Shown: positions 39,516 through 49,836 of the stretch, piece after piece
Numbering within the stretch: position 1 is the stretch's first letter
How the letters are laid out: each line of letters opens with the position of its first letter
The notes under the pieces: generated by a model
Databases searched by the model: none
Seen by the model: the letters and a program-made list of their open reading frames with translations, nothing else
Told to the model about the DNA's origin: nothing
Assembly (NCBI GenBank): GCA_963745835.1
Contig: CAVUZH010000013.1
Coordinates: 672,001 to 736,000, forward strand
Source of the DNA: an uncultured delta proteobacterium
GTDB taxonomy: Bacteria > Desulfobacterota > Binatia > UBA9968
Length of the DNA stretch: 64,000 bases
Direction of reading: 5' to 3'
Position numbers and translations under genes: made by a program

Positions 39516-41006
39516 TTACTGCAGAAGCGCCGAGCCGCCATCGTCGCCGATGGTGAGGCTCACGGTCGCCGGGTTCCCAGTCCTAATCAGACTCGCGCCC
39601 TCTCCTTCTGCCTCGAGTTGAAACGTCCCGCCGTCCAGTTGAGTGATTCTCACGTCCAGATTGTCAATCTCGCTCTGGAAGGTGAAACTGGCTCGTCCAT
39701 TGGGCTGGGCCGGATGTGATATGAAAGAGCCTGCAGGGATAGTTCTGAAGAAGTTTCCGACTTGCAGCACCACGCCTTCAGTGAGGGGATTAATACCGTT
39801 GCTCCCGGCACCGACGGTGAAATTTCCATTCACTGCGAACGTACCCGGCGGAGCCAAGGCGATGTCGCCTTGGACCATGAATGCTGCGAAAGGCACTGGA
39901 GACTGACCGGCTATTGTGACGCCAAGAGGAATGTGCCCGGTCGTGAATGGAGAACCGCCGATCGGGCTCAGAGCGCCCGTGGCGCTGTTAATAGTATAAG
40001 CCGACACGCTATTGGAATTGTTATTGGCAACGTAGGCGAACTTTCCCGAGGGATCTACCACCACTGAGATTGGAGCAGATCCGGTGGGGAACGGAGAACC
40101 GCTGACCGGACTCAGAGCACCCGTGGCGCTGTTAATGGTGTAAGCCGACACGCTATTGGAATTGTTATTGGCAACGTAGGCGAACTTTCCCGAGGGATCT
40201 ACCACCACGGCGATAGGAGCAGAACCGGTTGAGAACGGAGAACCGCTGACCGGGCTCAGAGCACCGGTAGCCATATTGATGGTATAAGCCGACACATTAT
40301 TGGAAATGTTATTCACCACGTAGGCGAACTTTCCCGAGGGATCTACCGCCACGTCATACGGACGGGTCCCGGCTGCGAACGGAGAACCACCGATTGGGCT
40401 CAGAACGCCCGTGATGCTATTGATCGTGTAAGCCGACACGCTGCTGCTCCCTGAATTTGTCACGTAGACGAACCTTCCCGAGGGATCTACCGTCACGGAG
40501 ATAGGCATGAACCCGGTTGGGAAAGGAGAGCCGCCAACCGGGCTCAGAGCGCCCGTGGTGTTATTGATCGTATAAGCCGAAACGTTACTGCTCCCTAAAT
40601 TCGCCACGTAGATGAACCTTCCCGAGGGATCTACCGCCACGTCATACGGACGGGTCCCGGCTGCGAACGGAGAACCGCCGATTGGGCTCAGAGCGCCCGT
40701 GGTGCTATTGATCGCGTAAGCCGACACGCTGCTGCTCCCTGAATTCGCCACATACGTGAATTTTCCGGAGGGATCTACCACCACACCGAGAGGAACAGAC
40801 CCGGTGGGGAACGGAGAGCCGCCGACCATGCTCAAAGCGCCCGTGGTGCTATTGATGGTGTAAGCCGACACGCTGCTGCCCCCCGAGTTCGTCACGTAGA
40901 CGAACTTAGGCATTCCACTGCTCACGGCATGATTAGCAATCGCCATGAGGAGAACAATGAGCCCGCCTGTAAAATAGGCCTTAGACAATTCGCCTGCGCG
41001 TTTCAT
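39516..41006 (-). CDS. Secreted 7-bladed beta-propeller (lactonase/YncE-like) protein with C-terminal beta domain
   Basis: Signal peptide; seven 48-aa units VDPSG.F.YV.N..S..VSAY.IN..TGALSP..GSPF; 144-bp DNA periodicity. Confidence 0.9.
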   Translation of the reverse strand: MKRAGELSKAYFTGGLIVLLMAIANHAVSSGMPKFVYVTNSGGSSVSAYTINSTTGALSMVGGSPFPTGSVPLGVVVDPSGKFTYVANSGSSSVSAYAINSTTGALSPIGGSPFAAGTRPYDVAVDPSGRFIYVANLGSSNVSAYTINNTTGALSPVGGSPFPTGFMPISVTVDPSGRFVYVTNSGSSSVSAYTINSITGVLSPIGGSPFAAGTRPYDVAVDPSGKFAYVVNNISNNVSAYTINMATGALSPVSGSPFSTGSAPIAVVVDPSGKFAYVANNNSNSVSAYTINSATGALSPVSGSPFPTGSAPISVVVDPSGKFAYVANNNSNSVSAYTINSATGALSPIGGSPFTTGHIPLGVTIAGQSPVPFAAFMVQGDIALAPPGTFAVNGNFTVGAGSNGINPLTEGVVLQVGNFFRTIPAGSFISHPAQPNGRASFTFQSEIDNLDVRITQLDGGTFQLEAEGEGASLIRTGNPATVSLTIGDDGGSALLQ

Positions 41007-41014
41007 GGTACCGC

Positions 41015-41138
41015 CCTGTGTCTCCGCGGTAAAAGGTCGTCAGTGCGTATTAGTTGCATTTCACTCTTACCGCAGAGTCGAGTGCGCCGAGTTTCGGAAA
41101 AAGCGCTTTTCTCTGCGGCCTCTGTGCTTCCGCGGTAA
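41015..41138. repeat. Palindromic repeat (TTACCGCAGAG ... CTCTGTGCTTCCGCGGTAA) plus an extra half-arm
   Basis: Arms at 41067-41091 and 41111-41138; half-arm at 41015-41032. Confidence 0.65.
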
Positions 41139-41159
41139 AATATTTTTGCACTATCGTTA

Positions 41160-42185
41160 TTACCTCTTCGGCAGAAGAACTTCTTTCAATTTCCCAACAG
41201 TGTCTGGCTGGAGATCGAAAAGAGTGCCGAACTTCTTGGTTATAGTCGGTCCGTCAATGACCTCGATATCGAGCTTGGACTTGTTAGCCTCCGCCAAAAA
41301 CTCCGGATCTTTCAGAGTGTCGACGAAAGCCTTCTGTAACAGCTCGAGCCGGTCCTTGGCCATGCCCGGCGGAACGGTGTAGGGGAACTGCGCGCCGTGG
41401 GCGCTGTCGGCGACGGTGACTAGCTGCCTGGCTAAGTCTGTCTTGGCGTAATTGATCGCCAGCGGCACTTTCTTGTACCTCGGGTGCGACTGGAGCGATG
41501 CTTGTAAGACAGCATGAATTTTTCCGCTCTCATAAGCGCTGCGCCAAACCGTTTCGACGGTCTGCCAGGAACCGCAATAGCCGTCGACCTCGCCCGACTC
41601 GACGGCTAGTCGCGCATCGGCGCCGCCCTTGTAACCCTCGAGCACGTCGAGCGGCAGGTTCAAGGCAGCTTTGAGGAGCCTGGGAATATCCGAGGTGCTC
41701 GTACCGGGGCCTATGGACGAAATCTTCATGGGACGCTTTGCCTTGAACCAATCGTCTATCGTCGCGATGCCGCTCTTGTCATTGAACGTGCAAACCGTGT
41801 CATAAGGGCTTGGCACGCCGAGATAGCCGAATTTTCGCGCATCGAACTTTACCGCCTCATTACCCATGATCTGCTGCAGCACCAGGGGCGCGGCCCAGGC
41901 GCCAATGGTGAGACCATCGGGCTTAGCGATGTTGTAAAGATGATTGGCGGCAATGATGCCGCTGGCGCCGGTCATGTTCTCGACCAGAGTCGTCGGATTA
42001 CCGGGAACATTCTTTGAGAAATGCCGCGCAATCACCCGGGTGTAGAGATCGAAGGATCCGCCGGCCGAATAGCCGACGATAAAGCGGATGGTCTTGTCCT
42101 TATAGAATTCCTGCGCTCCAGCCGGTTGCCCTGAAAGCACCGCTAAAAATATCAATGCGATCCATGTAGAAAAGATCCGTCGCAT
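41160..42185 (-). CDS. Bug/TctC substrate-binding protein
   Basis: IVGYSAGGSFD...PGNP...ENMTGA...AKPDGLT. Confidence 0.9.
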   Translation of the reverse strand: MRRIFSTWIALIFLAVLSGQPAGAQEFYKDKTIRFIVGYSAGGSFDLYTRVIARHFSKNVPGNPTTLVENMTGASGIIAANHLYNIAKPDGLTIGAWAAPLVLQQIMGNEAVKFDARKFGYLGVPSPYDTVCTFNDKSGIATIDDWFKAKRPMKISSIGPGTSTSDIPRLLKAALNLPLDVLEGYKGGADARLAVESGEVDGYCGSWQTVETVWRSAYESGKIHAVLQASLQSHPRYKKVPLAINYAKTDLARQLVTVADSAHGAQFPYTVPPGMAKDRLELLQKAFVDTLKDPEFLAEANKSKLDIEVIDGPTITKKFGTLFDLQPDTVGKLKEVLLPKR

Positions 42186-42203
42186 GCGTCCTCCTGCCTG
42201 TTG

Positions 42204-42806
42204 CTAGCCCCTGCCGATGAAAGGAATGGTTTTCTTTTCGGTGCGCTCGAGATAGCGCACAAAGGTGTATTTATTCTCGGCAAGATCGGTGTTCGGTCTC
42301 GGAATCTCGCGGTGCATCAAGCTTTCTTCCACCTTACAAACAAAGAATGAAAGCTCATTGCCGGCAAGAGCATCGATGCCGTGCTTTTTGAAATCTTCGA
42401 TATCGCGAATCGTGCGCGCGCTTTTGATGCCCGCGCCTTTAGCCATCGCCTCCAGATCCGTGTTTCCCGAAGTCGCGGTAGCGTAGCTGATGCGGCTGCC
42501 GCTGTAGACGCCGTTGTCAAAGACATAAACAATCAGGTTCTTAGGCTGCAGATTGCCGAGAGTGACGAGATTGAACAACGACAACAGCACGCTGCCGTCG
42601 GAATCGAGCACGATTACCTTGCGGTGCGGCAGGGCAAGAGCCAAGCCCATGCCGACGCCGATAGCACAGCCCATCATGCCCACCAATAAATTGCCTTCGT
42701 GTTTCGACAGATGCGACCACTCGATGCGCTGGCCGCTCTGGGACGTCACCAGCAATTGATCGGTTATGTTCGCGGCAAGCAGTTCCAAGCATTGGTAGCG
42801 GATCAT
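42204..42806 (-). CDS. ThDP-dependent decarboxylase beta subunit (ComE/Ppd-like)
   Basis: G.MG.A..VGMGLALA; SDGSVLL...VFDNGVY ThDP/Mg motif. Confidence 0.88.
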   Translation of the reverse strand: MIRYQCLELLAANITDQLLVTSQSGQRIEWSHLSKHEGNLLVGMMGCAIGVGMGLALALPHRKVIVLDSDGSVLLSLFNLVTLGNLQPKNLIVYVFDNGVYSGSRISYATATSGNTDLEAMAKGAGIKSARTIRDIEDFKKHGIDALAGNELSFFVCKVEESLMHREIPRPNTDLAENKYTFVRYLERTEKKTIPFIGRG

Positions 42807-43309
42807 AGCGAAAACTCTCCGGCAAACAGCAGCGCGAAGGGCGCTCGCAAAGCATTCATGCCGCGCACCGCGTCTTTGATTTTGATTTCCAGCCTGTCGC
42901 CGTCTTCGAGCAGCATGTGCTCGATGCCCAATCCCTGCAAAACCGGAATCGTATGATTGCCGATGGTGGCGTAGAGAAAACTATTGCGCTGATCGGCGAT
43001 GCCGCCCAAAAAACCGACCACCAGCAATATCGGCACCCCCAATTGTTTGCCCACCGCAAGCAAGCTGTAGCTGGAAACATAGATGCCGGTATTTTCCATG
43101 TACACAGCGGCCTGCTTGCCGCCGAGAGTTGCGCCGGCGGCGATCGTCACCGCTTCCTGTTCGCTTGCGGCTGCAATCAACTCGATCTCAGGATCGTTCC
43201 GAATCAAGGGAACGATCTGGCTAAGCCGGGTTTCCGGCAGGTAAGTAACGAAATTGATTCCAGCGTTTTTGAGACCCTGAACGATACGTTGCGCTAGTTC
43301 GTCTGTCAT
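42803..43309 (-). CDS. ThDP-dependent decarboxylase alpha subunit (ComD-like)
   Basis: YLPETRL; SEQEAVTIAAGATLGG; YMENTG; ATGA overlap with beta gene. Confidence 0.88.
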   Translation of the reverse strand: MTDELAQRIVQGLKNAGINFVTYLPETRLSQIVPLIRNDPEIELIAAASEQEAVTIAAGATLGGKQAAVYMENTGIYVSSYSLLAVGKQLGVPILLVVGFLGGIADQRNSFLYATIGNHTIPVLQGLGIEHMLLEDGDRLEIKIKDAVRGMNALRAPFALLFAGEFSL

Positions 43310-43427
43310 AGATGGCAATTTGAATTAGCAACTAAAATGATCTGCCGCAACGGCGTCCGAGAAGAACAATCGAATGATGGACTACTTGGTCAAATCCAGC
43401 CCCACTATTCCATGACTCACTACTCCA

Positions 43428-45677
43428 TTAATCCCGTCTGCCGCGTAGCGCCCACAAAACCTTCTCGGCCGTGATCGGCAAATCATAGATGCGCACGCCG
43501 ACAGCGTCATGCACGGCGTTGGCGATGGCCGCTGCGGTCGGAATCACCGGCGGCTCGCCGATGCTCATCGCGCCATAGGGACCATTGCCCACCGGGTTCT
43601 CCTGAATGATCGTCTTCAGTGGCGGCACATCCATGATCGATGGAATCTTACTGTCGCCAAAGTTGGTGGTCATCACTTTACCGCCATCGATCATGACCTC
43701 TTCCATGAGCGCGTAACCGATGCCCATGACGACGCCGCCGTCGATCTGGCCCTGGTGCATGAGCGGATTGAGCACGGTTCCGGTGCTGTGCGCGGTGGTA
43801 AACTGCTTGACCGTCACCTGCCCCGTTCCGACATCGACCTCGACTTCGGCGATCTGAGCGCAAAGCGCGGCTTCAGGACCGGACTCGAAATTCTTGTAGA
43901 AGCCGTGGCCGCGAATTCCCTCGCCGCTGGCTTGAGCAATCTCGCCATAGCTGATGCTCTTGCCCGCCGCGCTCCGCACCGTTCCGTCTCCACCCAGAAA
44001 AAGCTCTTCCTTGGCGACACCCAGCTTGTAGCTCGCAATCTCGATCAACTGTTCTCTGGCTTGCGCCGCGCCGAGCCGGGTTGCATGGCCGAAAATCCGG
44101 GTGCCACGGCTGGCGCCAATTCCGGTATCCGTACCGACCTCGCTGGTATCCAACGTTGCCACGCGGACCTTCTCTAGCGGCAGCTTGAGTTCTTCGGCCG
44201 CTACCAGCCGCATTGCGGTGTGCGTTCCCGCCCCTTGATCGAGCATTGCCGTGGCAACCGTAACCGTCCCCTGACCATCGATCGTGACCAGCGCGTGGCA
44301 CTCACCGCCCAGCGGCAGCCACTGAGCCAAGCCGATTCCACGACCGGAATGTTTTCGTTTGGGTCGGCGATAGCCCGATTGTTCAACCGCGCTTTCGACG
44401 AGCTCGGCGCTTTTGATATGCGGGATGACGTGGCCGATCGGCGAAAGCTCACCGTCGCGCAGCAAATTCTTTTCCCTGAAAGCCACCGGATCCATGTCGA
44501 GCTGCCTGGCGATAAGATCCATCTGCGATTCGTTGGCGAAAAACCCTTGGGGATCTCCCGGCGCGCGCATATGTCCGCACGGAATTTTATTGGTGTAAAC
44601 GATCCGCTCGCGGATAAAAACATTGGGAATGCGGTAAGGTCCGGCGGCCTCTTTGGGGCCAACGAGATAACCCTGCGGCTTGAAGGCGCCGTAAGCGCCG
44701 CTGTCGAATACATATTCCATGCGATGAGCGATCAGCCGACCGTCTTTGTTTACGCCGGTTTTTACCCGCACGATGGCAGCGTGACGCGGATTTCCGGCAA
44801 CGAATTCTTCTGCATAATCCATCACCATTTTCACCGGCCGGCCGCTCTTCAAGGACAGCAGGTAACAGACCGGCACGTCCATGAAATCGCCTTTGCCGCC
44901 GAAGCAACCGCCGATATAACAAGGATGAACCGTGAAATGCTCAAGGCGTTTGCCAAACGCCGTGGCGACCTGTTCGCGCAGCGCGAACGGCACTTTCGAG
45001 CAGGCCCAAATATCGGCATGACGCTGTTCCTGTGCTTGGACGACACAGGCGTGCGGCTCTATATATGCCTGATGGACCGGTCTGGTGGTAAAAACATTTT
45101 CGACGACGATGTCGGATTCGCGGAACCCCGCTTCGACATCGCCTTTCTTCCAATTCATGTCAACAAAAACGTTGCTCGGCGTTTCAATCGGATGAAGCAA
45201 GCCCCGATATGCGCTTACGTCCGGGTGAAGCAGCGGCGCGTTCGACTCGATCGCTTGCAGCGGGTCGAGCAGCGGTTCCATCTCTTCATAGTCGACCGCG
45301 ATCAATTCCACCGCCTGTTCGGCAATCGCTTCGGTCTCGGCCGCAACCGCCGCTACTTTCTCACCGATGAACCTGACAACGCCGTCGGCGAGGATCGGCA
45401 TATCGTAGATTTTCCGGCCAATCAAAAGACCTTTGACGTCTTCGCCAGTGGCAACCGCGCGCACGCCGGGCAAAGCCAATGCGCGGCTGGTATCGATCTT
45501 GGTGATGCGGCCGTAAGAAATCGGGCTGCGCAGAACTTTACACCAGAGCATTTCCGGCAACACTACGTCAGTGGCATATAGCGCCTGGCCCGATACTTTT
45601 TCCGGACCTTCCAGACGTTGCGTCGGGGTGCCAATGAGATTGCGGATTTTGTTATTCGGATGATCGATTGCTTTCAC
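43428..45677 (-). CDS. Xanthine dehydrogenase family molybdopterin-binding large subunit
   Basis: GGCFGGK, MRAPG.PQ, DQGAG, NPL...GQIDGG...GIG.AL.E, IGEPP motifs. Confidence 0.92.
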   Translation of the reverse strand: MKAIDHPNNKIRNLIGTPTQRLEGPEKVSGQALYATDVVLPEMLWCKVLRSPISYGRITKIDTSRALALPGVRAVATGEDVKGLLIGRKIYDMPILADGVVRFIGEKVAAVAAETEAIAEQAVELIAVDYEEMEPLLDPLQAIESNAPLLHPDVSAYRGLLHPIETPSNVFVDMNWKKGDVEAGFRESDIVVENVFTTRPVHQAYIEPHACVVQAQEQRHADIWACSKVPFALREQVATAFGKRLEHFTVHPCYIGGCFGGKGDFMDVPVCYLLSLKSGRPVKMVMDYAEEFVAGNPRHAAIVRVKTGVNKDGRLIAHRMEYVFDSGAYGAFKPQGYLVGPKEAAGPYRIPNVFIRERIVYTNKIPCGHMRAPGDPQGFFANESQMDLIARQLDMDPVAFREKNLLRDGELSPIGHVIPHIKSAELVESAVEQSGYRRPKRKHSGRGIGLAQWLPLGGECHALVTIDGQGTVTVATAMLDQGAGTHTAMRLVAAEELKLPLEKVRVATLDTSEVGTDTGIGASRGTRIFGHATRLGAAQAREQLIEIASYKLGVAKEELFLGGDGTVRSAAGKSISYGEIAQASGEGIRGHGFYKNFESGPEAALCAQIAEVEVDVGTGQVTVKQFTTAHSTGTVLNPLMHQGQIDGGVVMGIGYALMEEVMIDGGKVMTTNFGDSKIPSIMDVPPLKTIIQENPVGNGPYGAMSIGEPPVIPTAAAIANAVHDAVGVRIYDLPITAEKVLWALRGRRD

Positions 45678-45678
45678 T

Positions 45679-46434
45679 TCATTCCCTACCGGCGGCGTCC
45701 AGAGCGGCTTGCAGGCATACGCCGTGCAGATCCACGGCTGTTAGCCCGCAATATTCCAGACTGTACCCAGGCCGCGCGGTCGCCATGCCGTCTTCGAAGA
45801 GCCGCTGCAAAACCACCCGTCTGAAACTGCCGTGACCCATCACGCCGTCGTGCTCCTCGAGGTCGGCCTCTTCATGAGTCGAAAAATAGACCGCCTGCTC
45901 GCGGGTTAAACCGTAATGCGCCGTCAGCGCTTTGAAAAATTCCGCCGACCAGTAGCCAGTCTGCTCTTCGGTCGCGCCCGCGGCATAGAACTCGGCCACG
46001 GTTCCTTCCCAAAGAATCGATCGTTTGAAATCGAGCTTGGCGCGAAACTCGGCCAGCATCGGCGCGAGAAAAATCTCATCTTCAGTAATGCCCAGCGCCT
46101 TGGCGGTTTCCACTACGACGTGGACGTGACCCGGAGGTTTGGGGTGAATCAACTCATCGGCCAGCTTTGCTGCCATGGGTGCCATGAGATCTCGATGCTT
46201 GCGGAAAAAAGAAATGTGCTTGTGGTAAGACGCAGCCTCCAGGGTGTTTATCTCGATGGTATACGAGCCCCAGTTCTTAAAAAAAATCCTCAAGGCTTTC
46301 TCAGGGAGCTTTCCCGCTCGTAACTGTTTCATAAAGGGCCCGTCGGTCACTCTTTCCTGCCAGCGCTTGGCAACTTTGCGGTAATGCTCATCGACCAGCG
46401 CTTTGGCTTGCCGGCTATCCATCGAGGTCGTCAT
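45679..46434 (-). CDS. Heme-oxygenase-like diiron (TenA/PqqC/CADD) enzyme
   Basis: PFMKQLRAGKL; DE...H; TE; HEEAD...H ligand pattern. Confidence 0.75.
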   Translation of the reverse strand: MTTSMDSRQAKALVDEHYRKVAKRWQERVTDGPFMKQLRAGKLPEKALRIFFKNWGSYTIEINTLEAASYHKHISFFRKHRDLMAPMAAKLADELIHPKPPGHVHVVVETAKALGITEDEIFLAPMLAEFRAKLDFKRSILWEGTVAEFYAAGATEEQTGYWSAEFFKALTAHYGLTREQAVYFSTHEEADLEEHDGVMGHGSFRRVVLQRLFEDGMATARPGYSLEYCGLTAVDLHGVCLQAALDAAGRE

Positions 46435-46452
46435 CTGATTCTCCTGTACCTG

Positions 46453-47052
46453 TTAATTGTGACTGCGAACGAACCGTTTCCTCTCGGTTCGTTCGAGATA
46501 CCGAACGAATAAATACTTGTTCTCTAGGGGATCCATATCGGTCCGCGGGATGCGGCGATGCTCGCTGCTTTCTTCCACCTTGCACACGATAAATTTCAAT
46601 CGGTTCTCTTTCATCGCCGCCGTCATTTCCTGTTTAAACGATTGAAGGTCGCGCACAGTCACAGCATTTTCAATACCGGCGGCTTGCGCCATCTTGGCCA
46701 GGTCGGTTTTTCCCGCAGTGGCTGTCGGTTCGCTGATCCGGGTGCCGCTGTAGGAAGCGTTGTCGAAAACGAAAATTATCAAGTTGTTTAAATCGAGATT
46801 GGCCAGGGTCGGCAGATTGAACAACGATAAAAGAACGCTGCCGTCCGATTCCAAGACGATAACTTTTCGCTGCGGCAGAGCGACAGCCAGGCCCATGCCT
46901 ACTCCCAGCGCCGTCCCCATGGTGCCGACCAGAAGATTGCCTTCGTGCTTGGATAAGTGTGCCCACTCGATTTTCTGACCGCTTAAAGAAGTCACGACGA
47001 TCTGGTCCGTAATCAGCGGCGCGAGCAGCTCAAGGCAGTCGAATCGGATCAT
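46453..47052 (-). CDS. ThDP-dependent decarboxylase beta subunit (ComE-like)
   Basis: SDGSVLLSLFNL...FDNASY. Confidence 0.88.
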   Translation of the reverse strand: MIRFDCLELLAPLITDQIVVTSLSGQKIEWAHLSKHEGNLLVGTMGTALGVGMGLAVALPQRKVIVLESDGSVLLSLFNLPTLANLDLNNLIIFVFDNASYSGTRISEPTATAGKTDLAKMAQAAGIENAVTVRDLQSFKQEMTAAMKENRLKFIVCKVEESSEHRRIPRTDMDPLENKYLFVRYLERTERKRFVRSHN

Positions 47053-47555
47053 CGGGTAAAATCTCCGCTAAACAGAAGAGCTACCGGAAGCTTGAGCGCC
47101 TGGGTGTGGCGCGCCGCGTCTTTGATGCAAATTTCGAGATTGTGACCAGTTTCAACCAGCCGATACTGAATCTCCAAAGCGTCGAGCACCGGCGTCACAT
47201 ACGCTCCCGAAACCGCATAGACGGAATTGTTGCGCTGATCGGCAAAGCTACCCAGATGGGCGATCAGCAGCAGGAGCGGCACTCCGAAACGTTTTGCAAT
47301 CGATAAAATGCTGTAGCAGGAGACGTAGAGCCCGGTGCATTCCATGTAAATTGCAACTTGCTTGCCGCCCAAAGCTGCGCCGGCGCCGATCGTGATTGCC
47401 TCGGCTTCACTGGACACCGGAATGAGCTTGAACGAATCGTCGCTTCTAATCAGCGGCAGGATTTGGCTTAGCCTGGTTTCAGGCAAATAGGTGATGACGT
47501 CGATGCCTGCTTCACGTAAGCCGGTGACCAGTTTTTGCGCAAGTTCTTGTTCCAT
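47049..47555 (-). CDS. ThDP-dependent decarboxylase alpha subunit (ComD-like)
   Basis: YLPETRL; SEAEAITIGAGAALGG; YMECTG. Confidence 0.88.
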   Translation of the reverse strand: MEQELAQKLVTGLREAGIDVITYLPETRLSQILPLIRSDDSFKLIPVSSEAEAITIGAGAALGGKQVAIYMECTGLYVSCYSILSIAKRFGVPLLLLIAHLGSFADQRNNSVYAVSGAYVTPVLDALEIQYRLVETGHNLEICIKDAARHTQALKLPVALLFSGDFTR

Positions 47556-47766
47556 GGGGACTACTGTCCTCATTCAGAAGTCTGCAAAGCTCGACGAGTT
47601 CGAGTGATGCTCGCGGAATCAGGGCATCAGCTCTCACTACTCTCGCCCTTTGCTAAGGGATACAAAAGAAGGGGTATGCCAGCTTGCCCATAATGACAAC
47701 TGAATCATACAACGAGGTTCATAGACACACCGCAGTTAACCGGGATAGATTTTAGCCAGTCGTTTC

Positions 47767-48762
47767 TCACTTCACCCCCAGCTCCTGGTTGACCTCGCGT
47801 TGCAGTGAAAAATCGAAAACCTTCGACGGTGACACTGGCTCCTTCAGTTTGAGAAGCTCGGCTTCGGACTTGAGAAACTCCTCGATCTCTTTATCAGAAG
47901 GGATGCCGTTCAAAGTGAACGCCGGTTTTGCCAGGCGGTACGATTCCACCGCCACGGGCAGCTCAACGTTCTGATATTTTGCCAGGACTTCGCTGGTGCC
48001 GCGCTCATTTTCCATGAAGTAACGGTTCGCCCGCATGCGCGCGCGTAAGACGCGCTTCAGGACATCTCTTTTTTCGCGCAGAAATTTTTCCGTCACCGCG
48101 GTGCCATTCTGAAGGTTGGCCAGATCTTCCATTGCCGAACCGAGAACGTTCATGTTGTACTTGTCCCGCGCCAGAATAACGGTCGGCGGCGAAAGCGCCG
48201 CGGCATCGATGGTTCTGCCGACCAGACTTTGCAGCTGAGCCGGGACGTCGCCGCCGACAACTACAGTAATATCCTTTTCGTCGACGCCGCCTTTGCGTAT
48301 CAGACGCATAGCCGCCGAGTGCTGCGAGCCGCCCAAAGTGGTGGTGCCCAAGGTTTTGCCTTTGAGCTGAGCAATAGAGGTGATTTCCGTCCTGGATACC
48401 AGCCAGAAGAGATTGCGTTTCAGACTGACAGTCAGAATCTTCATCGGCAGCTCGCTGCGCTCCAGCGCTCGGATGACGGTGCCAACACCGTTGGTAGCTT
48501 GAACCTGCCCGCTCAAGGCCGCGGCGATGGCGACGTTGCCGCGAATCTGAACGATGTCGACATCGAGCCCTTCGTCGCGGAAGAACCCGCGGTCTCTGGC
48601 GATATAAAGATCGATGGCGGCAATGCTGCGGCTTGGGATCGAGAAGATCAGCTTCTCGGCGGTTTGGGCCAGCGACGAGTCAATCGAAAATAAAACCCCG
48701 AGCACGGAGAGAATCACAGAGAAGCCAGCGGCATAAATTTTTCGGCTAAGGGTAATCAGCAT
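47767..48762 (-). CDS. ABC-type substrate-binding protein (NMT1/SsuA-like)
   Basis: Signal peptide; IARDRGFFRDEGLDVD; LKGKTLG. Confidence 0.9.
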   Translation of the reverse strand: MLITLSRKIYAAGFSVILSVLGVLFSIDSSLAQTAEKLIFSIPSRSIAAIDLYIARDRGFFRDEGLDVDIVQIRGNVAIAAALSGQVQATNGVGTVIRALERSELPMKILTVSLKRNLFWLVSRTEITSIAQLKGKTLGTTTLGGSQHSAAMRLIRKGGVDEKDITVVVGGDVPAQLQSLVGRTIDAAALSPPTVILARDKYNMNVLGSAMEDLANLQNGTAVTEKFLREKRDVLKRVLRARMRANRYFMENERGTSEVLAKYQNVELPVAVESYRLAKPAFTLNGIPSDKEIEEFLKSEAELLKLKEPVSPSKVFDFSLQREVNQELGVK

Positions 48763-48820
48763 GAAAGCCTCGGTAGTGTGATGTTGTCGCCTCGATGATC
48801 GCGCTCAGTGGCAGCCGCAG

Positions 48821-49789
48821 CTACTTAGGGGTTTCGCCCATTTCCTTCAAGATCTCACGCACGATACTAAAATCAAATACGTCGTCCACCGCGACGTTCC
48901 TCTTGGTTTCGACATTCCAACGCGTGCTCTCGATCACATTTTCCAAGGTGGGCCTGGATACCAGGAGGTTACGGCTGTAGTTCTTGTAGTTGTGCTGATA
49001 GGCCTCCTCGGCGACTTCCGGTTTCGATCTGCCCCAAGCGGCAAGAATCTTGATCGCGCCCTTGGGGTTATCCAAAATAAACCGGTTGGCCCGCAGCAGA
49101 GCGCGGGTTATTTTCTTTACTTCGTCTCGATCGTTTTTGAGCTTCTGTTCGTGCAGTCCGATGCCGTTCACCGGAAAAGCAAACAGATCGCGAACATTCA
49201 ATAATGTTTTGAAGCCGGCGGCTTCGGCCCGCAGATTTCCCGGCGGCGTTAGAAATGCCGCCTGAACAACCCCGGTTTGCAATTGCGTGAGTCGCGCCGA
49301 GCTGCTGCCGGCGGCAACATACTGGACATCGCTTTTCGGGTCGAGCTTGAAGTGCGCTGATGTCAGCCGGGCGAGGATATCGACCAGAGAGCCGAACGAG
49401 CTAATCGCGATCTTCTTGCCTTTAAGATCAGCAAACTTTTGGATGCTCGGGTGAACCACGACCGCGTGGTTTGGCCGCTCGATCAAAATGCCGGTGACTT
49501 TGAGCGGCAGCCCGCGAAGATTCGCGGTGACGACGGATTGTAAGATAAGATTGTAATCGATATTGCCGGCCGCCAGAGCCGCAACCGACACATTGGCGTT
49601 CATCTGCAGCACGTCGACGTCCAGTCCCTCATCTTTGAAGTAGCCTTGAAAATGAGCGACACCGCCGCTCAGAAACGACATGTCGGGATTGGATACACCG
49701 ATGTAAATAGTTTTGGCTTCAACGCTCTGAAATCCTAAAGTAACGAAAGCAATTAAAAAGCCGGTTATCTTACACACTCGAAGTTTCAT
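48821..49789 (-). CDS. ABC-type substrate-binding protein (NMT1/SsuA-like)
   Basis: Signal peptide; GYFKDEGLDVD; DLKGKKIAISSFGS. Confidence 0.9.
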   Translation of the reverse strand: MKLRVCKITGFLIAFVTLGFQSVEAKTIYIGVSNPDMSFLSGGVAHFQGYFKDEGLDVDVLQMNANVSVAALAAGNIDYNLILQSVVTANLRGLPLKVTGILIERPNHAVVVHPSIQKFADLKGKKIAISSFGSLVDILARLTSAHFKLDPKSDVQYVAAGSSSARLTQLQTGVVQAAFLTPPGNLRAEAAGFKTLLNVRDLFAFPVNGIGLHEQKLKNDRDEVKKITRALLRANRFILDNPKGAIKILAAWGRSKPEVAEEAYQHNYKNYSRNLLVSRPTLENVIESTRWNVETKRNVAVDDVFDFSIVREILKEMGETPK

Positions 49790-49836
49790 CTTTCATTCTC
49801 CCGTTGCAAGTTGATCGTAATAAGCAAGAAGTTCCT

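Noticed and set aside
44220-45581. 453-aa + strand ORF
   Set aside because: Antisense shadow of the Mo-hydroxylase gene; no motifs
43428-45677. CO dehydrogenase CoxL
   Set aside because: Lacks AYxCSFR/AYRGAGR; has GHMRAPG
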